A stretch of DNA of 48,223 nucleotides from a virus (Duplodnaviria; Caudoviricetes), in the IMG/VR virus record IMGVR_UViG_3300043185_000111, positions 1-48,223 of that record. One strand, 5' to 3'. How positions within the stretch are numbered: position 1 is the first letter of the stretch; every line of letters begins with the position of its first letter. The translations under genes were made by a program, and so were the position numbers. A model generated the notes under the pieces. The model did not search any database, had not been told where the DNA came from, and saw only the letters and a program-made list of their open reading frames with translations. Below are positions 26,840 through 36,025 of this stretch, piece by piece.

Positions 26840-27277
26840 ATGCTTCAATACTCATCGGACCTCGTCAACATCGACTGGCTCGGGATCGATTTCCGCGAAG
26901 GTCTTGCGACGGGCACCTTCATTCAGGAAGCGCGCGCGACCGCGTCATGGTCACTCAAGATGGGCGCACGAGGTCGGGGGACCCGTGTACTCAACCGGGA
27001 CCGCAGCGGGTCGCTGACGATCACGATCGACCAGGAGAGCCAGCTGCACCAGACACTCAAGGCCGTGCACAAGGCCGACCTTTTGTCCCGGGACAAGGTT
27101 GGGCCGCTCACGCTCCACGACGAGTCGAGCGGGGAAAAGATCGTATTCAAGTCGTGCTTCATCGCCACCGAACCGGACGATGCCCGCGGTACCGAATCAG
27201 CGACGTTCGGTTGGACTTTCATGTATGAGGACAAGGAAACGACGTCGCCGCCCACGCTCACGAACGTTGTCGGATGA
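26840..27277 (+). CDS. Tail tube protein (DUF3277-like)
   Basis: SD AGGAG; GLA.GTFI, GA.G...R..N.DRSG.LTI...Q.S. Confidence 0.85.
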   Translation: MLQYSSDLVNIDWLGIDFREGLATGTFIQEARATASWSLKMGARGRGTRVLNRDRSGSLTITIDQESQLHQTLKAVHKADLLSRDKVGPLTLHDESSGEKIVFKSCFIATEPDDARGTESATFGWTFMYEDKETTSPPTLTNVVG

Positions 27278-27319
27278 CGAACGGGGCCGGAGGCCCTCGG
27301 ATGACCAAGGCGGAAGACG

Positions 27320-27763
27320 ATGCCCGACGAACGACAAACCGGTGTGCGCGGCGAGCAGACGCGTACGATCGCAGGACGCACCTACACCACGAAACCGCTA
27401 CCGGGACGCGTCGGGCTCGATATCCTCGCGCGCATCATTTCGTATTCGGGCCAGGCCGTTGTCACGATGTTTTTCGCGGCGCCCCCAGAGAAGCGCGAGC
27501 AGATCTTCGCCAACCCCGGGATCGTGGCGAACATTCTCACGGAGTTCTGCACGAACGCGCTCGCCGATCGTGGGCACGCCGCACGCCCGACAGATCTGAT
27601 TTACGAGATCATGGCCAACACGGAATGCGACAAGATTCGGCTCGGCAACACCGAGGTGCCCGGCAACGTGCAAAAGCATTTCGACCAGCACTTCGCCGCC
27701 GACTATCGTCACATGATCGAGGTGTTCCAGTTCGTCGGCGAGGCGAACTTTTCGAACCCTTGA
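27320..27763 (+). CDS. Tail assembly chaperone
   Basis: FD.HFA..Y......F....NF end; between tube and tape measure. Confidence 0.75.
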   Translation: MPDERQTGVRGEQTRTIAGRTYTTKPLPGRVGLDILARIISYSGQAVVTMFFAAPPEKREQIFANPGIVANILTEFCTNALADRGHAARPTDLIYEIMANTECDKIRLGNTEVPGNVQKHFDQHFAADYRHMIEVFQFVGEANFSNP

Positions 27764-28023
27764 CGCGCCGGTCGCTCGCGACATTCCAGCGGTCCCCGGA
27801 GCTGGCCGGCAAGGATAAGGGGTTTCGCGGAATCAAACCAGCGAACATGCCGTGGGAGATCTTCCTGGCATGTTACGACGGCAAGAAAATCGATCACGAC
27901 ATCTTGCTCAGGCTCGATCGTGACATGTCTCTTGCAGAGATGTACGATCTCATAGAGTTGCGCGAGGTCGCGGATTCGTGGGCGCATGCGTACCATCTGA
28001 ATAATCCGGTGAAGGAACCTTAG
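27764..28023 (+). CDS. Second tail chaperone ORF (-1 frame; frameshift product or own start at ATG 27847)
   Basis: MSL.E.YDL.E...V..W pattern; open in the -1 frame across the TAC stop. Confidence 0.55.
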
Positions 28024-28024
28024 C

Positions 28025-29731
28025 GTGTCCATCGTTGTCGCAGATCTGCTCGCGGAGTTGGGAGTCCGCGCCGACGTCTCGACGGTGAAACAGTTCACGA
28101 ACGAGATGCAAATGGCGGGCAAATCGGGCGGAATCGCGTCTAGGGGTGTTAAAATAATAGGCGCTGCGATAGCGGCCGTAGGTGTCGCGGCGATCGGCGC
28201 CGCCGCGGGCGTGATCGCGTTCACGAACAACGTTTCGCAACACGCTGACGAGATCGCCAAGACTGCGCGGGCGACGGGCATCGCGTCGGAAGAGTTCCAG
28301 CGCCTGGCTCATGCGGCGAAGCTTTCAGACATCGACACACGGCAGCTCGGCAAGGCGTTCCTGACACTCCGCAAGGGACTCGACGATTTCGCCACCAAGG
28401 GTGCTAGTCCTGTTACGGACGCGCTAGCGAAGCTCGGCATCACCTTCGACGATCTCAAAGGCCAGGGACCTACCCAACAGCTCGGGATAGTCGCCGACGC
28501 GCTTCAGGGCGTTGGCGACGAGGCCGAGAAGTCGACCATCCTTGCGGAGATTTTCGGCGCCAAGGCAGGCCCGCACATGCTGAACATGCTCGCGGAGGGG
28601 TCGCAGGGTCTACAGGCCATGACCGGTCAGCTCGACACGGTTTTCTCGGACGAGCAGTTGGCGCAGGCGGAAGCTTACCAAGATTCGCTCACGGAACTGG
28701 GAGACCGCGTCGATTCAGCCAAGAAGGAAATCGCGTTCGCATTCGTGCCCGCGTTGCTAGAGGCGTCGACGGAGATGGATCGTTGGATCGGCGAGAATGA
28801 CGAGTTGATCAAACAGGATCTGCCTCGGATCTTCGGGGAGATCGTCGCGGGAGCGGTCGACGTCGTGCAGTTTCTCGGCGAGGTCGTGTCGGAAACCAAG
28901 ATCCTATCGATGCAGTTGCGCCAACTTGATGAGGACACCGGGATCTTGAGCGATGCGTGGGCCGCCATGTCCGCGCCGTTCCGCGCCGTCGCGTCACTCA
29001 TGGAGAACACGGCCGCCGTGTTGGGCGACTTGATCAAAAAAGTCGCGGAGTTCCTCGGGTTGGGCGAGCAACTTCGAGCGTTCGCGGCGAGTGTAGGAAT
29101 CGTCGATGACGCTGCGCTCGTCGGCGAGCGGCAGACCCAACGAGGGGTAGGGGCCGGCGTCAAGGTGGTCAATAAGGGGCAGGTCGTCACAGGTTTCCTA
29201 ACGAAAGAGCCACGCCAGACCATGACAACGGCTCAGTTGGAGGAGATCGCCAACAACCAGAACGTGCGAACCGAAGATCGCGAGGCGGCGCAGGTCATGC
29301 TACCGCGCGCGCGCCAACGTGACGTCATGAACGCGGTCACCGCGGGTAACAAGGCGGCGCGGGAGTCGCTCGCTAAATCGGCGGCTGAGGCCAAGGCGAC
29401 AGAAGCGAGGCGCAGGCGAGCGCAAGCGGCGGCGCGAAGAGGAAAAGGCGGCGGCAAAACCAAGGAATCCAAGAAAGAGCTTACGTTGGAGGAGCTGGTG
29501 GACGCCGCTACGGGGGAGATCGGTCGAGATCTACCTGACGTAGCCTCGCGCGCCCCAACGGTCGTTGTGCAGATCACGCGCAACGAAGTCAAGATCGAAC
29601 TCAACCCGACGTTCCCTAACGTTCACGATCCGTTTCAAGCAGCGCGTCAAACCGTCGAACTCGTCAAACGGGAGCTAGCGACCCAGAACATCCAAGCCGG
29701 CCAAGCCATCGCGCCGGGGATCGTGCGGTAA
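28025..29731 (+). CDS. Tape measure protein (568 aa)
   Basis: Ala-rich helical; ADEI.KTA..TGI..EEFQRL..AA, IFG..AG. Confidence 0.85.
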   Translation: MSIVVADLLAELGVRADVSTVKQFTNEMQMAGKSGGIASRGVKIIGAAIAAVGVAAIGAAAGVIAFTNNVSQHADEIAKTARATGIASEEFQRLAHAAKLSDIDTRQLGKAFLTLRKGLDDFATKGASPVTDALAKLGITFDDLKGQGPTQQLGIVADALQGVGDEAEKSTILAEIFGAKAGPHMLNMLAEGSQGLQAMTGQLDTVFSDEQLAQAEAYQDSLTELGDRVDSAKKEIAFAFVPALLEASTEMDRWIGENDELIKQDLPRIFGEIVAGAVDVVQFLGEVVSETKILSMQLRQLDEDTGILSDAWAAMSAPFRAVASLMENTAAVLGDLIKKVAEFLGLGEQLRAFAASVGIVDDAALVGERQTQRGVGAGVKVVNKGQVVTGFLTKEPRQTMTTAQLEEIANNQNVRTEDREAAQVMLPRARQRDVMNAVTAGNKAARESLAKSAAEAKATEARRRRAQAAARRGKGGGKTKESKKELTLEELVDAATGEIGRDLPDVASRAPTVVVQITRNEVKIELNPTFPNVHDPFQAARQTVELVKRELATQNIQAGQAIAPGIVR

Positions 29732-29735
29732 CTCG

Positions 29736-30482
29736 ATGCCGAAAATGGGCCCTAAGTTCGCGTCGCCCACCGTAGGCGTGGGCGAGATTTTGGAAGCGAT
29801 GCGAGGCCCGACGACGGCGACGATCTATCGCCTGGACCAGAACACCTTGCTTCCCGTGGAACCGTTGATCGACATCGTCCCGTCAGTCTCTCCGAACCGG
29901 CAATCGCTCGACGTCATGACGTCGAGCACGCGTGTCGATAGTTATCGCGTCACGACGAACTCTATGCAACGAGGACTCGACACCACGGCGCATGTCAAGA
30001 AGGAGCTGGTCACGTTGACGATCCAAGGTCTGATCTCCGGCGCGCCTCTGCTAAGGGTAGCCAGTGCGATCAACGCGGCGATCGGCGCGGCGGGGGACCG
30101 CATCGACCCCGGCGTGGGCAAGGCGCAATCGTTCGGCGCGACGCTCCCCGGATTCCCGGCGCCGCGCCGCGATCTGATGCAGCTCCAAATGCTTCAGATG
30201 CTAGTCGACAGTCGCCAGATCATCATGGTCGTTACGCCGGAAGGGGCACTTCCTCGCGCAATCTGCACGAGGTTGCAACGCGCGAACGGTACGGACGTCG
30301 GCGAAGGCACGGAGATCACGATTGATTTCATGGAAGCGCGGATCGTGTCGCCAAAGTTTGTTGACGCGATCATCGACCTCGACGAGATCTTGGGCGGCAA
30401 GACGTCGAACGCGAACGCGGGAGGCCAGCCGGCGACGGCTGTAGCCGCTCCGCCAGCCCTAGCGGGCGGAGGATTCGGCTGA
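29736..30482 (+). CDS. Baseplate / tube-initiator protein
   Basis: VT.N.MQ.G.D.T.HV......L.I.G.IS; F.E.RIV. Confidence 0.7.
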   Translation: MPKMGPKFASPTVGVGEILEAMRGPTTATIYRLDQNTLLPVEPLIDIVPSVSPNRQSLDVMTSSTRVDSYRVTTNSMQRGLDTTAHVKKELVTLTIQGLISGAPLLRVASAINAAIGAAGDRIDPGVGKAQSFGATLPGFPAPRRDLMQLQMLQMLVDSRQIIMVVTPEGALPRAICTRLQRANGTDVGEGTEITIDFMEARIVSPKFVDAIIDLDEILGGKTSNANAGGQPATAVAAPPALAGGGFG

Positions 30483-30483
30483 C

Positions 30484-30822
30484 GTGACCCTCATGTTCGT
30501 TCCTGTTCGGCCACGCCCGAATGATAAGAGCACGTTTCAGACGACGGAGCTAGACGGTGTGCAGTATCGGCTCGCGTTCTACTACGCGAAACCTGGCGAC
30601 TTCTGGGTCATGGATGTCGCGGACGCGGCCGGCACGGCGCTCGTTTACGGAATCAAGCTCGCGCTCGGCGTGGACTTGCTCGAACCATATAAATACATGG
30701 TTGGCATGCCGCAAGGGCAACTGTTCATTTACGACACCTCCCGCGCGGACTCGGAACCGGGCGAAGATGGGTTCGACGGACGCTGCGCGCTATACTATCG
30801 ACCTGCCGCGGAGGTAACCTGA
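30484..30822 (+). CDS. Baseplate plug-like protein
   Basis: LDG..Y.L.F......W.MD..D..G..L..GI.L..GVDLL. Confidence 0.75.
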   Translation: MTLMFVPVRPRPNDKSTFQTTELDGVQYRLAFYYAKPGDFWVMDVADAAGTALVYGIKLALGVDLLEPYKYMVGMPQGQLFIYDTSRADSEPGEDGFDGRCALYYRPAAEVT

Positions 30823-30824
30823 CC

Positions 30825-31694
30825 GTGGCCGAGTTCCGCCAGTTTTTCAACGTTGCCGCGACGTTTCAGGCGGGTACTCTGCTCGTCGAGAACGTCGTTG
30901 GTGACGGTTTGCGAATCAAATGGGATATCACGAGAACGATCGAGCCCGACCCAGACCAGGGTACGGTTTGGATCGCCAATCTCGCGGTCGAGACGCGCAA
31001 GAAACTAGAGCAGGAGCGCAAGCTCTCGGCGCCGTTCAAGGGTACGCTCATGCAAGGGTGGGATGGCGTCGTGCAACTCCTCATGTTCGCGGACGTGTAT
31101 GATCTCGTGCCGGACGACCAAACAGACGACGCGACGGTTTGGACGGTTTTGCGACTAGGCGACGGGATGGAGGCGATTCGCGACGGGGTGTTCGATAAAT
31201 CATTGGGCGATGTCGAGGTCTCTACGATCATCAACATCGCTACAGCGGCGATGGGGATTGCGATGGGCGAGGATGCGAAGATCCAGCTTGCGCAGACATT
31301 GCCGACGGCTCAGATCAATCGTTGGACAAATGGTTACTCTGCTATAGCCCCGGCACGCGAGGTTCTTAGCGAGGTCCTCGGGATGCTGAAACTTCGGTGG
31401 ACGATCCAGAACGGGCGTTTGGTGATCGTACCCGCCGGGGCCCCGTTGCCCGGTCCCGCGATTCTGCTGAACCCGCACACGGGTCTGATCGATTGGACGA
31501 CATCGCGTGACGGATCTATCGACGTCAACGCTTACTCCATCCCGTCCGCGGTCCCTGGCGCGCAGTTCATCGTGCAGGACGATCTAGGCAAGCTAGTCGC
31601 CGAGATCGCGTATCGAATCCAAGAGGTTCAGTTCGTCGGGGACACCGATGCGGACGCTCGGATGGTCATCAAGGGCAGAAAGGCCCTCATCTAA
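30825..31694 (+). CDS. Baseplate hub protein
   Basis: L.I.WDI.RT, I.NL, W.IQNG.L, L...TGLI. Confidence 0.78.
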   Translation: MAEFRQFFNVAATFQAGTLLVENVVGDGLRIKWDITRTIEPDPDQGTVWIANLAVETRKKLEQERKLSAPFKGTLMQGWDGVVQLLMFADVYDLVPDDQTDDATVWTVLRLGDGMEAIRDGVFDKSLGDVEVSTIINIATAAMGIAMGEDAKIQLAQTLPTAQINRWTNGYSAIAPAREVLSEVLGMLKLRWTIQNGRLVIVPAGAPLPGPAILLNPHTGLIDWTTSRDGSIDVNAYSIPSAVPGAQFIVQDDLGKLVAEIAYRIQEVQFVGDTDADARMVIKGRKALI

Positions 31695-32383
31695 TGGCCA
31701 CGGAGCGGGATCAACTCGATGGACCATTCGATCTGCGCGCAGATCCTAGGCTAGAGTCATTGCTCCGCGTCGCCGCCCGCAATCTTCAGTTGCGGTTGCG
31801 CACGGCGGCGCCCGGCACGATCGTAACGTTCAACGCGTCGACGCAGAAAGCTGACGTGCGCCTCGACCATAAACCGATCTTCGTAGACCCTAGGTCTCCC
31901 CTTGGGGAGCGCCCGGCCGCGACCATCATTCTCAAAAGCGTGCCTGTATATTTTCCGCGCGGAATGTCCGGTACCGCTTACGACACGATTCCTATTCAGG
32001 CCGGGGATACCGGTCAGTTGATTTCGTGCGACCGATCGTTGGAGACATGGCTAAGGCTGGGCACCGAGGTCGACCCCGTATCGTTGACACTGCACTCGTT
32101 GGCGGACAGCGTCTTCTACCCGGGCTTGCATCCCGACACGGCACCGATCACACCGCCCGTCGACCTCACCGCGCGCGTAATCGAAGCTCCGCTGATCAAG
32201 CTAGGGCGGAACGCGGTCGATTTCGCGGCCCTAGGTACGACACTCGTTGCCGCGATCGACGCTTTCCTGGCCGCGGGCGTGCCCGTGGCGATGGACGGCG
32301 GCGCGAATCTCAAGGCAACGATGATCGCGTCGTGGAACGCGTTGAAGGTCAACGTGCTCAGCGCGAAGAATCAGGTAGAGTAA
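31694..32383 (+). CDS. Gp138-like membrane-puncturing spike
   Basis: PG.I..F, VPV.FP.G, I..GD.G.L...DR.L..W, HSL.D..F.PG. Confidence 0.82.
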   Translation: MATERDQLDGPFDLRADPRLESLLRVAARNLQLRLRTAAPGTIVTFNASTQKADVRLDHKPIFVDPRSPLGERPAATIILKSVPVYFPRGMSGTAYDTIPIQAGDTGQLISCDRSLETWLRLGTEVDPVSLTLHSLADSVFYPGLHPDTAPITPPVDLTARVIEAPLIKLGRNAVDFAALGTTLVAAIDAFLAAGVPVAMDGGANLKATMIASWNALKVNVLSAKNQVE

Positions 32384-32398
32384 CCCGGGGAAACTTCC

Positions 32399-32767
32399 AT
32401 GGCGGACATCCTCATCACCGCGGATCGAGACATCGACATGACCAACGGAAAGTTGTCGATGTCCTCCGGCGTCCAGGCGCATGCTCAGCGTGCGCGCATG
32501 CATTACATGACGTTCTATGGCGAGAGCGTGTATGATCGCACCGCCGGCGTGCCGTGGATTCAGACAATACTTGGATCGAACTTGCCGCCAGACGCGGTGC
32601 GCCTGATCCTCGACCTGTACGGTCGGCAGATCCCGGGGATCCTGTCAACCTCGCTCGTGCCTGATTACGATAGGGAAACTCGCAAAGTAACGTTCACGGG
32701 ATCGATAGAGACGATCGAAGGCGACGTCGTCTTTGCGATCGAACCTTTGTCCTCGGAGCCCGAATAG
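32399..32767 (+). CDS. Sheath initiator / gp25-like baseplate protein
   Basis: F.GE..YD...GVPW...ILG, D..TR. Confidence 0.75.
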   Translation: MADILITADRDIDMTNGKLSMSSGVQAHAQRARMHYMTFYGESVYDRTAGVPWIQTILGSNLPPDAVRLILDLYGRQIPGILSTSLVPDYDRETRKVTFTGSIETIEGDVVFAIEPLSSEPE

Positions 32768-32768
32768 C

Positions 32769-33986
32769 ATGCCGTTCGCACTCCTCTCAACAGGGCTCGC
32801 AACGCAATCCCAAGAGGAGGTGCGCGAGCTGATCGTATCCAGATTGCGCGCCGCTTTCGGCGACAACGTCGAGACTAGTACCAGTAGCGTGATGGGGCAG
32901 ATCGTGGACATCCTGTCCGAGCTTCACGCGTACGACCAGCAGGTCATCCTCGACGCGTGGACATCGTTCGACCCGAACGGCGCAACGGGAGTCGCGCTCG
33001 ACCGGATCGCCAAGATTACCCAGACGCTTCGCAAGGCGCAATCATTCTCGACGGCGCCGTGCATTTTTCGTGGCACAAATGCAACGATCATCGTTGATGG
33101 ATCCCAAGTAAGGTTGATCCAAACGCAGACTGTGTGGGAGGTGATCGGCGGCCCGTACACGATCGGCTCCGTCGTGAGTGGCGAGGTGGCGGGGGTCGTT
33201 CAGGCCGTCGACGCGGGACCCGTTACCGCCGTGGCGACTGCCCCATCCGGTTGGGAGATCGTCACGCCTATCGCGGGATGGTCTACGTTCGAAACCTCGG
33301 AAGATGCCGACCTGGGTGCGTTCGCGGAAAGCGACAAGCTGTTGAAGCAGCGCCGGATCGTCGAACTGTCTGCGCCTGCTCAGGGGCCGCTTGCCGCGAT
33401 CAAGGCGAACGTTTCCGATGTTGACGGGGTCGATCGCGTGAGGGTTTACCATAATCCTGCGACGAGCCCCGTGGATGCTGACGGGATTCCGTTCAAAGCG
33501 TTCAACGTCGTGGTGGAGACGACGCCGTCACCCCCGGACGCCGACCTCATCGCTGCGATCGCCGAGGTGATCTGGCAAGTGCAAGGTGCGGGAGGACAAG
33601 CTTACGGAACGGACCACGTCACGACGGTTGTCGATAGCGAGGGTAATGTTCAACCGATCGCATTTGACGAGTTCGTTGAAGTGAACATGTACGTGCGCGT
33701 AACGGCGACGACGAGCACGAGCGAGGAACCGATCACGCCGAACCTTGCGATGGTGATCGAAGAGGGTACATTGACCGCGTTGCGAGATCGGCATGAGGAT
33801 TTCGGCCAGGATGTGCGCCCGTGGAAGATCGCCGGTGAGATCATGGCGCTCGACATCACAGGGGTTGACGAGCTGGTCGTCGAAGTCTCCGACGACGGTA
33901 TCGCGTGGCAAACGACTACCTATTCGATCGGGATCCGCGAGCGTGCAGATTTCGATAGCAGCCGGTTCGACGTGATCGAGGTCTGA
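32769..33986 (+). CDS. Baseplate J/gp47-like wedge protein
   Basis: FDP..ATG.ALD, G...ESD..L..RR, V.GV....VY.N. Confidence 0.88.
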   Translation: MPFALLSTGLATQSQEEVRELIVSRLRAAFGDNVETSTSSVMGQIVDILSELHAYDQQVILDAWTSFDPNGATGVALDRIAKITQTLRKAQSFSTAPCIFRGTNATIIVDGSQVRLIQTQTVWEVIGGPYTIGSVVSGEVAGVVQAVDAGPVTAVATAPSGWEIVTPIAGWSTFETSEDADLGAFAESDKLLKQRRIVELSAPAQGPLAAIKANVSDVDGVDRVRVYHNPATSPVDADGIPFKAFNVVVETTPSPPDADLIAAIAEVIWQVQGAGGQAYGTDHVTTVVDSEGNVQPIAFDEFVEVNMYVRVTATTSTSEEPITPNLAMVIEEGTLTALRDRHEDFGQDVRPWKIAGEIMALDITGVDELVVEVSDDGIAWQTTTYSIGIRERADFDSSRFDVIEV

Positions 33987-33989
33987 TCC

Positions 33990-34646
33990 ATGCAATGGGG
34001 ATCGATCAACGAATGGGCGTCGTCGTCTTTCTGGGGATTGCAAGGAGGGGTTGGCGCAGACCTGGCATGCCAGACTGCACATGATCGAATCCTGTCGCTG
34101 TTCAAAGAAAACGGTAACTTTTACGATCTCATGTGTGCGTTCGCGGAGCACCACGGTGATCTATGGGACGTGGTGGGTGATGTGAAAGCTGGGTTCGATC
34201 TCGACACCGCGATCGGCGAGCAGCTCAACGTAATAGGTCGGATCCTGGATCTTCCGCGCAACGCGTTCAGCGACGATACGTATAGAAAGTTGCTCAAGAT
34301 CAAAGGCAAGCTCGTCCTCCAGTCCACCGGCACTGGCGAGAACATCTTGGAGATTTGCCGCACATTCATAGGCGACGCCGTCCCGGACCCGGTTGTGCTC
34401 ACGAACTCCCCGCCATACTCGTTCAAGATCTCGGTTCCGGGTGCGTCAGCGGCCGACATGGATGTGCTGGTCCCATTTTTGCGCATGGCCATCATCGCGG
34501 GGGTCCTCGGGGTGGTGATCTCCATCGTTCCGGGGGGCGCGGTTTGGGGCAGCTCGGCGGTCGCGGTGGCCGGCGCGGGGGTCTGGGGCAGCGTCAACGT
34601 GGCCGTTCCAGGCGCATCTCTCTGGAGCCGCGTGATCCTGATATAG
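33990..34646 (+). CDS. Baseplate wedge protein (DUF2612-like)
   Basis: FDLDTA.G.QL..IG.I...PR....DD.YR.LL. Confidence 0.82.
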   Translation: MQWGSINEWASSSFWGLQGGVGADLACQTAHDRILSLFKENGNFYDLMCAFAEHHGDLWDVVGDVKAGFDLDTAIGEQLNVIGRILDLPRNAFSDDTYRKLLKIKGKLVLQSTGTGENILEICRTFIGDAVPDPVVLTNSPPYSFKISVPGASAADMDVLVPFLRMAIIAGVLGVVISIVPGGAVWGSSAVAVAGAGVWGSVNVAVPGASLWSRVILI

Positions 34647-34654
34647 TCACGGAG
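34639..34654 (+). promoter_or_regulatory. Extended -10 promoter candidate (TGaTATAGT) followed by GGAG
   Basis: Same layout as 11587-11599. Confidence 0.45.
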
Positions 34655-34662
34655 ACGACCCG

Positions 34663-36024
34663 ATGCCGACGAAACCCTCAGCGCTACTCGTCTTTACGTT
34701 CGGCACGGACGCGAACTTCACGTCCGGCCCCGCCAACGGTCATCCGGTCAAGGTCGCCCCGGTCGGGGCCGCCCAGGGGTTCGTGCCCGGCGATGGCATC
34801 GAATCCCAATCCGTGAACTACATGCTCAATATCTGCGGGCAGTGGATCACGGATTGGGTGTCCGTCGGCACGAACACCGCCGCCGAGAACGCGCACATCA
34901 TCGAAACCGACTCGAACGGTCAGGCCAACATCGCTAGATTGTCGTTGCCGGGCCATTCTGTGGCCGGCCCGACGTTGTCCGTCAGCCCCTCGACCAGCGG
35001 CGCGTCGCTGATCGTCACGGGCGGAGGGACGAACTTCGGCGCGACGTTCAGCAACGGGGGGAGCCTCGCGGCGTTGCGCGCCACGGCGACCGGCACGAAC
35101 TACGCCATCGAAGGGTTGGCGCTCGGCACCGACAACTCCGGCGTGCGCGGCGCGGGAACGGGGGCAGGGCACGGCGTGGTCGGGGAGGGAGGCGGCACCG
35201 GGGACGGTCTCCGCGGCACGTCAGGGGTGACCTCGGGTGCCGGCGTGCGCGGAATCGCGGGCGGCAGCGGGTTGACGGGCGTGCTCGGGATCGGGCACGC
35301 CAGCGCGGCCAGTTACGCGATCGATGGCCAGTCTGGGCACGCGGACGCGCGAGGCGTGCGCGGGATCTCCCACGCAGCGGGATCGACGACCGGCGCGGGC
35401 GTGCTCGGGCAGGGCCAGGCTAACGCGGTCGGCGTAAGGGCCGTAGCCGCGGATGGGTATGCGTTGCTCGTCGTCGGCGACACGTCGTCGCCGGTATCCG
35501 CTGCGGTGAGATTGGCGCCGCAGGATACGCAACCCTCGGGCGCGCATGCCGAGGGCGATCTATACCCGAACGGCACAAACAACCTGTTGTGGTACCGGGA
35601 TAACGGAGGATTCAAGGCGCTGCACCATAGCTTGTATGGGTACGCAACCGGGTTCGATTCCGACACGGGCGGCGCGGTGAACAGTAGCACGGAGCAAGCC
35701 GCCGCGATCGCCACGGTCACTAACAAGGTGACCGCCGACCTGCTCGTGCATGGCGAGGTGATGCTGGGAGGCACGGCCGGGGAGGAGATCGAAGTTCGAT
35801 TGCGATCCGGTGCGGGCACCGGCGGGACGCAACGTGCGATCGTCACGATCAAGTTGGCCACCACGACCGCGGCCGCGGAGTCTCACAGTGTCGCGGTGAG
35901 CGAGAAGGTGACTGGTGTCGCCGCAGGGTCAAATGATTTCACGCTGACCGTGAAACGCAAGACGGGCGCAAACACGATTTACTGGGGGCACAACACCCTC
36001 AAAGTGTGCACGATCGGCGGATGA
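34663..36024 (+). CDS. Tail fibre protein
   Basis: After wedge genes; N-terminal GF.PG......N.MLN..GQW.; Gly-rich GV.G repeats. Confidence 0.8.
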   Translation: MPTKPSALLVFTFGTDANFTSGPANGHPVKVAPVGAAQGFVPGDGIESQSVNYMLNICGQWITDWVSVGTNTAAENAHIIETDSNGQANIARLSLPGHSVAGPTLSVSPSTSGASLIVTGGGTNFGATFSNGGSLAALRATATGTNYAIEGLALGTDNSGVRGAGTGAGHGVVGEGGGTGDGLRGTSGVTSGAGVRGIAGGSGLTGVLGIGHASAASYAIDGQSGHADARGVRGISHAAGSTTGAGVLGQGQANAVGVRAVAADGYALLVVGDTSSPVSAAVRLAPQDTQPSGAHAEGDLYPNGTNNLLWYRDNGGFKALHHSLYGYATGFDSDTGGAVNSSTEQAAAIATVTNKVTADLLVHGEVMLGGTAGEEIEVRLRSGAGTGGTQRAIVTIKLATTTAAAESHSVAVSEKVTGVAAGSNDFTLTVKRKTGANTIYWGHNTLKVCTIGG

Positions 36025-36025
36025 C

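Noticed and set aside
35130-35450. Collagen-like repeat in the tail fibre
   Set aside because: The Gly spacing is GV.G-type beta-repeat, not continuous Gly-X-Y; ordinary for fibres.
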